In this document: in pieces, positions 39,460-53,345 of the stretch
Layout of the letters: each line of letters starts with the position of its first letter
Position numbering within the stretch: the stretch's first letter is position 1
NCBI GenBank assembly: GCA_964016885.1
Contig: OZ024762.1
Coordinates: 7,626,001-7,690,000 of the forward strand
Reading direction: 5' to 3'
DNA length: 64,000 nt
Origin: Eledone cirrhosa
Lineage: Eukaryota
Notes under the pieces: generated by a model
Databases searched by the model: none
Told to the model about the DNA's origin: nothing
Seen by the model: the letters and a program-made list of their open reading frames with translations, nothing else
Position numbers and translations under genes: made by a program

Positions 39460-40228
39460 ATATGTATGTATATATATAATTGGCCGGGTCTCTTAGCGAT
39501 CATCCTCCTTCTCTGCGTCTATTCGTTCGTAGATTCTGTCTTCCTGGGGATCAGGGTTCATATAAACCTAGAGGGACGAAAAACGAAACAAAAAAATTAT
39601 TTAAAAAATATACTGATAACCCTAATCCCCGGATTTATTAAGACATTCCATTCCACGCTAATTTATGAGTGAAAAGAGTAACATGCTCATAGTAACATGC
39701 CGGACTAAAATGATGGTATTACTTGCTTTGTTGGACGATAATATATATATATATATATTGTTATACTTGGGGAGGGTCATTTTTGTGTAATAATATTGCC
39801 AGAATTAATAACAGAACACACTCACTGTTTGGTTGGTTTTCGCTTCTGTGTCTTTTATATCGGTTAATTTAATTTATTCGGTCCTCAATGTTAACATTGA
39901 CTGACCAACGGTCATAAATACAGATACAATATAGACACAAACATATATATATAGTCTAACAAAGTTCTTTCGTTGCACATCTACAACATCGTCAGTGGTG
40001 CTATTATGTTTCCTCCTGTTGTATTGTATGTCTAGGCCATCTTTATTTAATCCGTTTATTTATTTATATATAACGAAGGAAGTGTGGTAAGGAACCAGAT
40101 GGACCACAACGTCCAGAAATAGACGTCGAAAAGGTTTGAGCTCTGCCGTCGGGGTTAAACATTTTGCTATTATATATAAGAAAGTAAGTCCATAGAATCA
40201 TTTGATAAAATATATACAGTATTTCTCC

Positions 40229-40383
40229 ATAAAATCAAGGTCTAGCAAATAGAGAACAAGTTTTAAAATAAATTAAAAAAAGTTCGCTGTACTTACTATA
40301 TGTGCCTACTATATAGTAAGTACAGCGAACTTTTTAAAATTTATTTTAAAACTTTTTCTCTATTTACTAGACCTTGATTTTAT
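40229..40383. repeat. Imperfect inverted repeat (about 73-bp arms)
   Basis: ataaaatcaaggtctag...gttcgctgtacttactata / tatagtaagtacagcgaac...ctagaccttgattttat. Confidence 0.85.
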
Positions 40384-40704
40384 ATGTTCTGGCTTGTTAA
40401 TTTATTAACCCGCCATAGAACCACATTGGCATACGGTTGGATAATGCTTGTATCCCTATATGTATTTTTTACACGTAGGAACACAGACTTTATTATATAT
40501 ATATATATATATATAAACAAAAAGAGTATGATAAGAAACCAGATGGACCATAACGCACCAGAGTACTCAATACTTAGGGTAGTAGAGTGGGTAATAGGAA
40601 AAGAGTCAGAACCCCAACGGCTGAGCTCCGGCCGTTTCGACAGCTAGATCCGAAATACCTGTCGAAACGGCCGGAGCTCAGCCGTTGGGGTTCTGACTCT
40701 TTTC

Positions 40705-40791
<87 letters not shown>

Positions 40792-40973
40792 TTGCGCACT
40801 AGAGTCAGTTGTATTGATTTCAAAATACCTAAACAACGTATCTCTAGCGGTTGGCTGAAAAATGGGACTACGGTCTGTATTCGTTCATTTTCCTGTCATC
40901 ACCCATATTTTTTATTTATTCAAATATTTTTAGTCACACGGGAATTTTTTCTCCTTTATGTCACCCCATCCTA

Positions 40974-41007
<34 letters not shown>

Positions 41008-41083
41008 GTGACGAAACATAAGTCAATTGCATGAACTCATAATCCTTTATTTACTGCTATATATATTTACCACACTTCCTTCG

Positions 41084-41154
<71 letters not shown>

Positions 41155-41183
41155 AAAGAATAGAGGTGTAACACACAAGTTAT

Positions 41184-41419
41184 TATATATTGGTAAACGG
41201 AATAGAAAATGCTGACAAATTGTTCACAGTTGAAAAATGGTTTAATTAGGAATAAAAGAGTATTAGTGATTGTATGGGTTAGTATTCAGTTGTGGTTTTA
41301 AGTTTTAAAACTTCAAACCACAACTGAATACTAACCCATACAATCACTAATACTCTTTTATTCCTAATTAAACCATTTTTCAACTGTGAACAATTTGTCA
41401 GCATTTTCTATTCCGTTTA

Positions 41420-41429
<10 letters not shown>
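41184..41429. repeat. Near-perfect 246-bp palindrome with no spacer, between (TA)n tracts
   Basis: Centre aagtttt|aaaactt at 41306/41307; single mismatch seen at 41299/41314. Confidence 0.92.
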
Positions 41430-41462
<33 letters not shown>

Positions 41463-41668
41463 GAACGATCGACTTTCGTCAAATCGGACCGAGGAAACAA
41501 TGTTTCCGTTGGTCTTTCCAATTGCTAATACTATCTATCGAGTCGCAACTCCAGGTAGAAGGAGCAACGTGAAATAAAGTGTCTTGCCCAAGGACATAAC
41601 GCATCACCTGGTCCAGGAATCGAACTCACAACCTCACGATTGCGATTCCAATTCTCTAACCTCTCAGC

Positions 41669-41842
<174 letters not shown>

Positions 41843-42300
41843 CAATAATAACAATAACAACAACAATAGCAACGACAATAACAGAAGCAATAATAATAAC
41901 GACAACAATAGCAACAACAGAGCAGCAATCACGTCGAGGTATAAAAAGCAACAATAAAAACAACTGCGCAAAAGACACCAACAAGTTACCATTTTCAACA
42001 AACCCTTTGAAAAGGGTTTGTTATGCTCGAAATATCGAAATATAAAGTAAAAGTGTAAAAAATACTGTTTTGTATCTGTTTTCATTACTTTATTTCCAAC
42101 TTGCATTGAACTGGCTCTTCTAAAACAATTTCAGAACAAATGTAGATTTCATAGTTTTATTCTCGTTACCAAAATGGAGTGTGAGATCATGAGAAGAGGC
42201 AATAATTTTACCGAACTTTCGGAATTGCAAAGCACATGCTCGCGCACACCGAATATATACACATATACATATATACATAAACACACACATACTATATTTA

Positions 42301-42396
<96 letters not shown>

Positions 42397-42440
42397 CATA
42401 TACATACGCCCAAACAATAATATATATATATATACATGTA

Positions 42441-42512
<72 letters not shown>

Positions 42513-42611
42513 AATTCTAACACATATATATCCTAGAAACGATCGTTAAATAATGAACTTTTTTTGTTTAATATAAGGAACTGTTTCATTGTTTTATTCA
42601 TTATTTTTTTA

Positions 42612-42693
<82 letters not shown>

Positions 42694-43102
42694 TACATTC
42701 ACTTACACACACGCGTTTGTTTTGTTCATACAAACAAGAGGAAGAAAGTATTCAATACAAAAAGCAGAGTGCTGTATTATTTATTAGAAGCTGGAGATCG
42801 GTTGTATGAAACTCGGAGTAACACCTTATATAAGTGTTATATTTTGCGTGAAGCATTGAGGAATGTGGAAAATAAGTTAGCTTTAGGAAGCCGCTGTCCC
42901 AGCACAGGCATATAATAATGAAATGCACGTTTAATTTCGTTCTGTGAGCGTTTTTTAAAAATATTTCCCCGTCGATAAGGGTTACTTTATTCGAAACACG
43001 AGTAAATATTCGATATTTCCGACGCTACATTTCGATAACGACGTTTTCCTTTACTATATACAGTATTTCTGGCACTGTTACTTCGCTATTTATAGTTCTA
43101 TT

Positions 43103-43182
<80 letters not shown>

Positions 43183-43256
43183 CATTATCGAGCCCTCGTC
43201 GGATTTTGGTCTTCACATTTTTTATTATTATTACTATATGTATGTATATATATATA

Positions 43257-43308
<52 letters not shown>

Positions 43309-43365
43309 GTTTCCGTAGGAAAGGTAAAGGAAAGGAAAGTGCTCTCTGTAGGCTACAGAGCTATT

Positions 43366-43543
43366 TAGTTATGTAATAAACAACATAAGACAATTATTCA
43401 ATTTACCAAAGGTTTCACGAAGACAGACGAGCTCGAAACAGACGCCTGACGAACGATTTCAGACGTCTGTGTCGAGCTCGTCGCTCGTCTGTCTTCGTGA
43501 AACCTTTGGTAAATTGAATACTTGTCTTATGTTGTTTATTACA

Positions 43544-43549
<6 letters not shown>
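43366..43549. repeat. Inverted repeat with hammerhead-like core, abutting (TA)n
   Basis: Arms tagttatgtaataaacaacataagacaa...cacgaagacagacgagc and its reverse complement; CTGACGA at 43446 and GAAAcctttgGTA at 43499. Confidence 0.85.
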
Positions 43550-43592
<43 letters not shown>

Positions 43593-44298
43593 CCCGTCTG
43601 ACAGGGAGAATCCCGACCACTTTGGTGTGGATGAGAGATGTCTTCTCATTATGTAAGTAGATTGGCAGTATCGGTAGAGGGTCGGACGCCATGCTTTCCA
43701 GCATAGTTACGTCCCTTTACGATCTGAGTTCAAATCTCGCCGAGGTTGACTTTGCCTTTCATCCTTACGTGGTCGATAAAATAAAGTACCAGTAATGCAC
43801 TGGGTAATTGCTGGCCTTGTGCCTAACGTAGAAACAATTATGTAAAATCTCCCCCTTTTGCCTCAATTCTTCTCGTTTTGGGCTTTCAGGGGCTGGTATG
43901 TCTGCTGTAGCCGTTTCCTAAAAAAACTAAGTCATTTTCTCACATATATTTATTTATTATGGACGAGATGTTACTAGTTTAGATCAGTAAGACCATTATT
44001 CTTTAAGTACTCAATACTTAAAGAAAGTAAAGTGTAGATATCAGTATTACAGGATGGAATGTCCGCCGATTAAGCTTAAACCATTTTGATAATACATATG
44101 TATGTATGTATGTATATATATATATATATATATGTATGTATATAATGAAATAATTAGCTTATGTTGTTTATTACATAACTCTATATATATATATATATGC
44201 CTATATATATATATATATATATATATATAGGCACGTGTTTGTGCGCGTGTATTAATATATGTATATATATATGTATGTATATATATATATATATATAA

Positions 44299-44378
<80 letters not shown>

Positions 44379-44392
44379 AGAAATGTTTAGCT

Positions 44393-44491
44393 ATTATTTA
44401 GCCTGATAGTGGGGTTAAGAACCCTCGGAGAAATGGAAAAAGATGAGTCAATACTCGGAGGGTTCTTAACCCCATTATCAGGCTAAATAAT
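44393..44491. repeat. Short inverted repeat between (TA)n tracts
   Basis: attatttagcctgatagtggggttaagaaccctc / gagggttcttaaccccattatcaggctaaataat. Confidence 0.85.
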
Positions 44492-44617
44492 TTCTTTAAT
44501 TTCTTTAGTCAAAATACTGCGATAGCTTACATTTCTAATAATTTCAAACCCACTCGCTGTTTCGAAAATATTCTTATATATATATATATATATATATACA
44601 CAAATGTATATATATAC

Positions 44618-44803
<186 letters not shown>

Positions 44804-44918
44804 GTATATATATACATTTGTGTGTGTATATATATATATATATACATATGTATATATTAATATATATATATGTATATGTATATATATATGTATAGATATA
44901 TACATATGTATATATATG

Positions 44919-45021
<103 letters not shown>

Positions 45022-47103
45022 GTATATATATATATGTATATATATATGTATATATATATGTATATATATATATATCTGTGTGCATATATATATATATATA
45101 TGTGTGTGTGGTGTAGTGCGTATGTGTGTGTGTGTATGTGTGTACATTACTAGATGCTTGATCGCAAGTATACGGAGGAAAAAAATATTGGCTTCTTATT
45201 TTTTTTAAATTAGTTTTCTTCTTTTTTTGGCTGTTTTGCTTTCTTTTTTTTGTTTATTCTCAGAAAGACGAAATTTTACAAAAGATCATTTGACACAACA
45301 TCCTCCATCACATTCATATCCACTGAGAAAGAAAAATAATAATTTCAAATTTGAGTACAAAATAAAATTAAGAAAAAATAAATATTAATTATAAAATAAA
45401 CGATGTGTACAACGATGTCATTAATCGATTAATCAATACAAGACATTAATCAATAACATTGATCAATAACAATTGGCCTTCGTGGAAGAAATTTAGAAAA
45501 TAAAAACTATGTTCAAAGTTGATGGAGCTCGAAAATATACAAGGATTAAATAATCTGTTTAAAAAAGATTAAAAAAAAGATTTAAACAAATTTGACGTTC
45601 GGAGCTCAAAGACACATAAGTTGTATATTTATTGAGCCTTCGTATAAAACGGAATAAAATATTCACAGGAAATAGTACTTCAAGAAACACAAGATACAAG
45701 ATTGAATTATCTGTTTAACTTTGACGTGAGGAAAGATCAAACAATGTTTTTAAAAATTGTTTGAGCTTGAATACACCCAAGACGTTTATTTGTTGAGCCC
45801 TCATACTGAAGAATGTACAAAAAGAAGCTCAATTGATCTGTTCAAAGAAAATTGAGCTTAAAGAAACAAAGGATCAAATGATGTGTTCAAAGAAAATTGA
45901 GCTTAAAGAAACAGAAGATCAAATTATCTATTCAAAGTAAATTGAGCTTGAAGAAACAAAGAATCAAATGATTTGTTAAAAAAAAATTGAGCTTGAAGAA
46001 ACAGAAGATCAAATGATATGTTTAATCTTGAAGACACGGAAAATGAAACAATCTGTTAAAAGATTTTCGGAGCTTCAACACACACAAGATGTATACTCTC
46101 GGGTCCCAAATAATAAGGGGTGGGATGGGGAGGGTTGGAATAAGCAGGTGGGTGGTTGAAAATCGGCGATTAAAAACAAACAAACAGAATTAATCGTTTA
46201 ATTTACATATTGAGACTCCCAACCCATCCTATTTATTTTATAACATATGAGATTTCAAGTAATGTTCTTTTTTTGGTCATGTATAATAATTGTTTCTACT
46301 TTTGGCACAAGGCCAGCAATTATACCAGTGTATTACTGGTACTTTATTTTATCGACCCCGTAAGGATGAAAGGCAAAGTTAACCTCAGTGGGATTTGAAC
46401 ATAGCTAATAATTATTACTACTTATAGCACAAGGCCAGCAATTATCTCAGTGTATTACTGGTACTTTATTTTATCAACCCCGTAAGGATGAAAGGCAAAA
46501 TCAACCTCGGAGGGAATTAAACTCAGACCGTAAGGGGCTGTAACTCTATGCTGCAAAACATGGCGTCCGACCTTCTACCGATACTGCTAATCCAATGTTT
46601 TTTTAAATGTCTAAAGAAAATTAATTGTCGCAGGAATTCTACCACTTAAAATACAAGAGATAGATTAGCAAAATTTAATAAATGGGAAGGGCGTGGAAAA
46701 AATTAGAAAAAAATTAATAAGTCGGATGGGGTGGGGACCGGACCGGACGATTATTCGAGACCCGAGGTTACTTATAGGGACCTCGTATATGGAAAAAAAA
46801 ACAAAAAATGAAAAATGAAAAAAAAAACAATATTCGAAGGAAGCGGAAATGAAAGACACATAAGTTTAAGCAATCTGTTTGATTTTGAAGAAATGAAAGA
46901 TCGAAGAATACTTTTGAATATATCAGTGCTCCAAGACATATTGGGTCGTCAAGTATGAAATTTGTAGAATTGCTACAATTTTCATACTTTACGACACATT
47001 ACGAATGTAACCCTTTTGTTAATGATGTTCAAATAATTTTTGAAACTAATCAAAAATCTAATGGAATTTAGTAAAATAATTATAATTAACTTTATTATTA
47101 TTA

Positions 47104-47272
47104 CAGACCTGTCAACTCTCCCCGTCCGACGGGATGATCTCCCACCCACCTTGTGAAAATGGCTATAGCTTTCATTATGTAAAATCTCCCCATTTTGCCT
47201 CATACCTCCCCATTTTGGGGCACTTTTTTTCGTGGTACTCCCTGTTTGGGTTTTTAGAGGTTGGCAGGTCTG
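47104..47272. mobile_element. TIR MITE (about 170 bp)
   Basis: cagacctgtcaac...gttggcaggtctg termini; copies at about 31556-31730 and 43589-43904 (the latter interrupted by a SINE). Confidence 0.75.
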
Positions 47273-47688
47273 ATATATATATATAGGAAAAGAATCAGGA
47301 CCCCGACGGCTGAGCTCCGGCCGTTTCGACAGCTAGATCCGAACTAACCCAGCAGTGGTACTCCCGTTTGAGTTTTTAGAGGTTGGCAGGTCTGTGATTA
47401 TTATTAAGCTGGTGTTTGGAACATAATTTAAAAAAAAGGGTTCTTATATAAAATTATGATGGAAGGCTTTTGTTTTTTTAGATAAAACAAACAGTTTTTT
47501 GTATCGTAGAACCAAGGGAGGTTTCAGGCAGTTTGGTATCAGAAGGTTTAAATAATTTAAAAACAATATAAAAAAAATAAATAAAACGACCCATGCTGAA
47601 GATGTCGCCTCTGTGGGATGGAAAATCCGATGAACTTATGAATGTTAAGCGGACTTCTTAACCGTTTGGTCAAGCTACATCTGTAAAG

Positions 47689-48036
47689 TACTCTCGGGTC
47701 TTCAATAATGGGTTGGAATCTCAGTGTGTAAACTAAACGACTAATTCTGGTGTTTTAAAAAAAATCAACCGAGACAACCTAGAAAAATTACAGATTATGC
47801 AGCCCACCCTCGGCTTATTCCAGCCCCTACTTATTCTAGCTACCCTACTTTTCCAGCCCCCTACTTATTCCAGCTACCCTACTTATTCCAGACCCCCACT
47901 TATCTCAACTCCTCACTTATTCCTCCCACCACTTATTCCAAACTCCCTTTTACCTCTCCCCCACTTATTCGAAACCCCCTCTTATTCCTCGCCTGCTTAT
48001 TCCACCCGCCACCCTAATATTTGTGACCCGAGAGTA
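47689..48036. mobile_element. TA-flanked TIR element; relative at about 46094-46770
   Basis: TA CTCTCGGGTC...GACCCGAGAG TA; internal cttattcc repeats. Confidence 0.65.
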
Positions 48037-48099
48037 CAAAATCCCAAATCCAAAATATTACAGGACACCCCGCCATAAATAGGGGATCTTTTTCTTTCC

Positions 48100-48131
<32 letters not shown>

Positions 48132-48362
48132 GGGGGGTCGTTTTTTAAATAAAAAAAAAACAAATCAAGCAATGAACCCAAACTTTGAACAAGGAGGGCT
48201 TTGAGGGGTTAAGATCTTCAGAAAGCACAACATCTATGTACCCTTGGGCTATTAATATACACAGCTTAAAGACAATTTTATGTCTGGGTTTTATTTTATT
48301 TTTTTTATTCATGTTTGTTTTTTTTCAGATGAGTACAAATAACACAGTTACCTTTCCTTCAC

Positions 48363-48398
<36 letters not shown>

Positions 48399-48554
48399 CT
48401 TACACACCAAAAACGCACAACCACGCCCCACCCCGCCCTGCCCTGCCCCATCAAAAAATAAACATTGTGTACAAAAAAAAAGAAGAAAAAATCAAACGAT
48501 GGTAGAAAAATAATCCAAAAAAAAAAAATAATAATTAATGAGAAATTTCATAAT

Positions 48555-49200
48555 GGTTTCTATTTTTGGCACAAGGCCAGCAATCGATCCAGTGTATTAC
48601 TGGTATTTTAAATAATAATTGTTTCTGATATAAGCACAAGGCCAGCAATTTGGGGGAAGGGGAGGGGAAAAGTCGATCAAATCGACCCAGTGTATTACTG
48701 GTACTTTATTTTATCGACCCCGTAAGGATGAAAGGCAAAGTTAACCTCGGCGGGATTTGAACTCAGACCGTTAAAGGGTCGTAACTCCATGCCGTAAAGC
48801 ATGTTGTTCAACGCTTTACCAATTCTGCCAAACCACCGCCCTCCGTAATTTCAGAATAATAATTGTTTCTACATTTGGCACAAGGCCAGCAATTACCCCA
48901 GTGCATTACTGGTACTTTATTTTATCTACCCCCGTAAGGATGAAAGGCAAAGTTAACCTCGGCGGGATTTGAACTCAGAACGTAAAGGGCCGTAACTCTG
49001 TACTGCAAAGCGTGGCGTCCGACCCTCCACCGATACTGCCACATCCACCGCAATAATTCTTTCTAAACATCGGCACAAGGCCAGTAATTTGGTGGTGGAG
49101 GGGGGGGGGGGAAGAGAAGGAGGGGGAGGAGGGGGAAGTCGATAAAATCGACCCCAGTGCATGACTGGTAATTTATTTTATCGACCACGGATGGATGAAA
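48555..49200 (-). mobile_element. Cluster of about four head-to-tail SINE copies
   Basis: Repeated ggcacaaggccagcaat...ccagtgtattactggtactttattttatcgacccc...ttaacctcggcgggatttgaactcag. Confidence 0.8.
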
Positions 49201-49340
49201 GGTCTTCAGAATTTAAGAAAACAAGGCCAGCAATTTGGTAGGAGGGAAAATGTCTGTTGATTACATTGATGACCCCAGTATATAACTGGTGATTAATAAT
49301 AATAATAATATTAATAATAATAATGATAATGATAATAGTG

Positions 49341-49387
<47 letters not shown>

Positions 49388-49412
49388 TGGGCATATGTAT
49401 ATATTTATATGA

Positions 49413-49443
<31 letters not shown>

Positions 49444-49493
49444 ATATACATGTATATATATAACGGAAAATACATATTTTCTGTATACATTTT

Positions 49494-49535
<42 letters not shown>

Positions 49536-49564
49536 CGTATGTATATAATATATATATATGTGTG

Positions 49565-49659
<95 letters not shown>

Positions 49660-49879
49660 ATATATGTGTGTATGTGTATGTGTGTGTGTGTGTGTAGTAT
49701 GTGTGTGTGTGTGAACTGTGTAGTAGAAAATGCAAGCTTAGTAATTTAGTAATTTTCTTTGAAATGGCCAGAACAGGAAGTGTCAGAAACTAGGTTTGGT
49801 AGTTTGTCAAACCGGAAGTTGAAAGTACTTTATTTGGGAGCGCGAAACACAGATTGTCGGGCTAACCTAGAAAGTTAAG

Positions 49880-50193
49880 TACCCAGGAAAACATTATATG
49901 GTTAACCTAGGACTAGCCAAGAGCGCTAAATACCCAGGAAAACATTATATGGTTAACCTAGGACTAGCCAAGAGCGCTAAATACCCAGGAAAACATTATA
50001 TGGTTAACCTAGGACTAACCAAGAGCGCTAAATACCCAGGAAAACATTATATGGTTAACCTAGGACTAACCAAGAGCGCTAAATACCCAGGAAAACATTA
50101 TATGGTTAACCTAGGACTAACCAAGAGCGCTAAATACCCAGGAAAACATTATATGGTTAACCTAGGACTAACCAAGAACGCTAAATACCCAGG
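49880..50193. repeat. 51-bp minisatellite (about 6 copies)
   Basis: tacccaggaaaacattatatggttaacctaggactaaccaagagcgctaaa. Confidence 0.92.
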
Positions 50194-50355
50194 CACATCA
50201 CTAGCATACTTAATGGCAAAAGTAGAATCTACACAATTATATATGGCGGACATACATACAAAATGGTGAATACGTAAACAAGCTGAAAGGTTGACACACA
50301 CACACACACGTATATATATGTATGTGTGTATATATATGTACATATATATATGTTA

Positions 50356-50460
<105 letters not shown>

Positions 50461-50575
50461 CGAAGGAGTTGTGGTAAGGAACCAGATGGATCATAACGCA
50501 CCAGACCAGAGTACTCAATACTTAGGATAGTAGAGTGGGTAATAGGAAAATGTATGACCTTGACGGCAGACACCC

Positions 50576-50642
<67 letters not shown>

Positions 50643-50749
50643 TTTGTTATTAATAGAATCTAAAATCTACCCTAGTTTTTCAAGTTTCCTCTTCCTGTAT
50701 AAGTGGAAACAGAAAACTTGAAGGGGCCTAGATGTTTTTGCCATCTAAT

Positions 50750-50824
<75 letters not shown>

Positions 50825-51417
50825 CACACACGCATATATATATATATATATATATTAGTACAGTAAGAGATATGCCATTTGAAAAACCACTTGAAGTTTC
50901 AGCATGTGAAACACATGTCACAAATTAATTGGCAATTATTAGTGTCCTTAAGACTGACAAAGATTGTTGTTGATTACAAATTAACTATACCGCCATTTTG
51001 AAGAAATATTATTCCTTCTAATCTAATTATGATTAACTCTCTTTGCAGTGATACGAACTTGAAATAAGAATATTTACAGACTATTACGTTGCTTGGTATA
51101 TTAACTACAAGGGGACATAACTACTTATTTTCATGAACACATATGTCCCATCACTCTTCTATGTTAGCGGAAGAATTATATAGAATTATATTGAAGATTT
51201 CACTCAGGGGAGGTAACCAAAATATACCCTATCCCTGTTCCAGATAGGAAGGGAGGAATGTTACGTTAATTTGTATTCAAAATTGTGATATGGGGAATTT
51301 TGATTATGTGGCAATGTTTGGCCCACGGGGCTAATAAATGCTTACTTTCGTGTAACATGGAATCCACAAAGTAAAAATGAAAATAGAAACCTAATTGTCC
51401 CCATGGTACTGTACTAG

Positions 51418-51524
<107 letters not shown>

Positions 51525-51740
51525 ATGTATGACCCCGACGGCAGAGCTCAAGCCGTTTCTTGACTGAAATAACCGTCGAAACGGCTTGAGCTCTGCCGTC
51601 GGGGTCATACATTTTCCTATTACCCACTCTACTACCCTAAGTATTGAGTACTCTGGTGCGTTATGGTCCGTCTGGTTCCTTACCACAACTCCTTCATTAT
51701 ATATATATATGCACATTAGAAAGTATACGTATATATATAT

Positions 51741-51959
<219 letters not shown>

Positions 51960-52370
51960 GAAAGTGGTGCTTTTCCAAATGTATTATTCCATTAGCGTAC
52001 AAAAGGCAGGTAATAATGTACAAAAATATATTTAAGAATATTGAAGCATATTACACACACACACACATCTATATATATATATAAATGTAGGTATATACAC
52101 ACACACACACAAATATATATATATATATATATAATATATTTAGAAACACACAGATACATGCGGACACACACATATACATGAATGCATCCGCACCCAACCG
52201 TGAGTTAAGGGTGCCAACTTCACCGATGTTGCTCAATGAATGACTGGGACAGACCAATCCGGTTGAACTAGACTGAACCAGTATCAGAGTTAAAAATACA
52301 TTATGAAGAGAGAAGAAACATTTAGATATAATTAGTAATAAAATGTATCATACCTAAACTGCTCCAAGAT

Positions 52371-52460
52371 TCCTCGACTACGTAGTTTCGTGGCATAAAC
52401 GAAAACAATACATCATAAAGATATAGAGTCCTTGCGAGGTCTGCCGACTTATCAAGAGGA
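52371..52460 (-). ncRNA. Type I hammerhead ribozyme motif, U3-A8 variant (inverted copy)
   Basis: Reverse complement of 52647-52736. Confidence 0.7.
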
Positions 52461-52646
52461 TACCTCATTTTACTAGTCTCAAGAACGCGTCTGTAGACGC
52501 GTTCTTGAGACTAGTAAAATGAGGTATCCTCTGATACGTGAGAAAGAATCCCAAGCTCTGTTTCTCGACCGTTATATCGCGTGACTATCTCCCCCTCCGC
52601 CTTTTGGGATTCTTTCTCGCGTTCTTGAGACTAGTAAAATGAGGTA

Positions 52647-52736
52647 TCCTCTTGATAAGTCGGCAGACCTCGCAAGGACTCTATATCTTTATGATGTATT
52701 GTTTTCGTTTATGCCACGAAACTACGTAGTCGAGGA
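52647..52736 (+). ncRNA. Type I hammerhead ribozyme motif, U3-A8 core variant
   Basis: tcctc-TTGATAA-gtcggca...tgccac-GAAA-ctacgtag-TC-gagga: stem I tcctc/gagga, palindromic stem III, GUC site. Confidence 0.7.
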
Positions 52737-52805
52737 ATCTAGGAGCAGTTTAGGTATGATACATTTTATTACTAATTATATCTAAATGTTTCTTCTCTCT
52801 TCATA

Positions 52806-52918
<113 letters not shown>

Positions 52919-52928
52919 GTAGAGAAAA

Positions 52929-53067
52929 TATTTATTAAAATAACAGATTAAAGTTTAAGCAAAGAATCGCTGCTTTCACACTTAACGGGATCTTTTGAAA
53001 CTCAGAAGATCCCGTTAAGGTGAAAGCATCGATACTTTGCTTAAACTTTAATCTGTTATTTTAATAA

Positions 53068-53070
<3 letters not shown>
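52929..53070. repeat. Imperfect palindrome; related single arm at about 25085-25152
   Basis: aataacagattaaagtttaagcaaag...gggatctt / aagatccc...ctttgcttaaactttaatctgttatt. Confidence 0.85.
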
Positions 53071-53134
<64 letters not shown>

Positions 53135-53139
53135 ATATA

Positions 53140-53345
53140 TAACAAAGGAATTGTTGCAAGGAACCAAATCCACCATAACGCACCAGAGTACTCAATACTT
53201 AGGGTAGTAGAGTGGGAAATAGGAAAAAGTATGATCCCGACGACAGAGCTCAAGCCGTTTCGACGGCTATTTCTGGACTAAATAGTCCAGAAATAGCCGT
53301 CGAAACGGCTTGAGCTCTGCCGTCGGGGTCATACTTTTTCCTATA
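53140..53345. mobile_element. (TA)n-embedded short interspersed fold-back element (family with about 10 copies in the window)
   Basis: Body gtggtaaggaaccagatggaccataacgcaccagagtactcaatacttagggtagtagagtggg plus a hairpin. Other copies near 11436-11490, 24098-24150, 24920-24995, 28638-28775, 40072-40170, 40517-40706, 47284-47345, 50459-50570, 51520-51700, 63608-63800. Confidence 0.85.

Noticed and set aside
47590-47640. CTGAAGA...GAAA hammerhead candidate
   Set aside because: No valid NUH site or stem I pairing.
49898-50269. 123-aa ORF of 17-aa repeats
   Set aside because: Translation of a 51-bp minisatellite with no splice or domain support.
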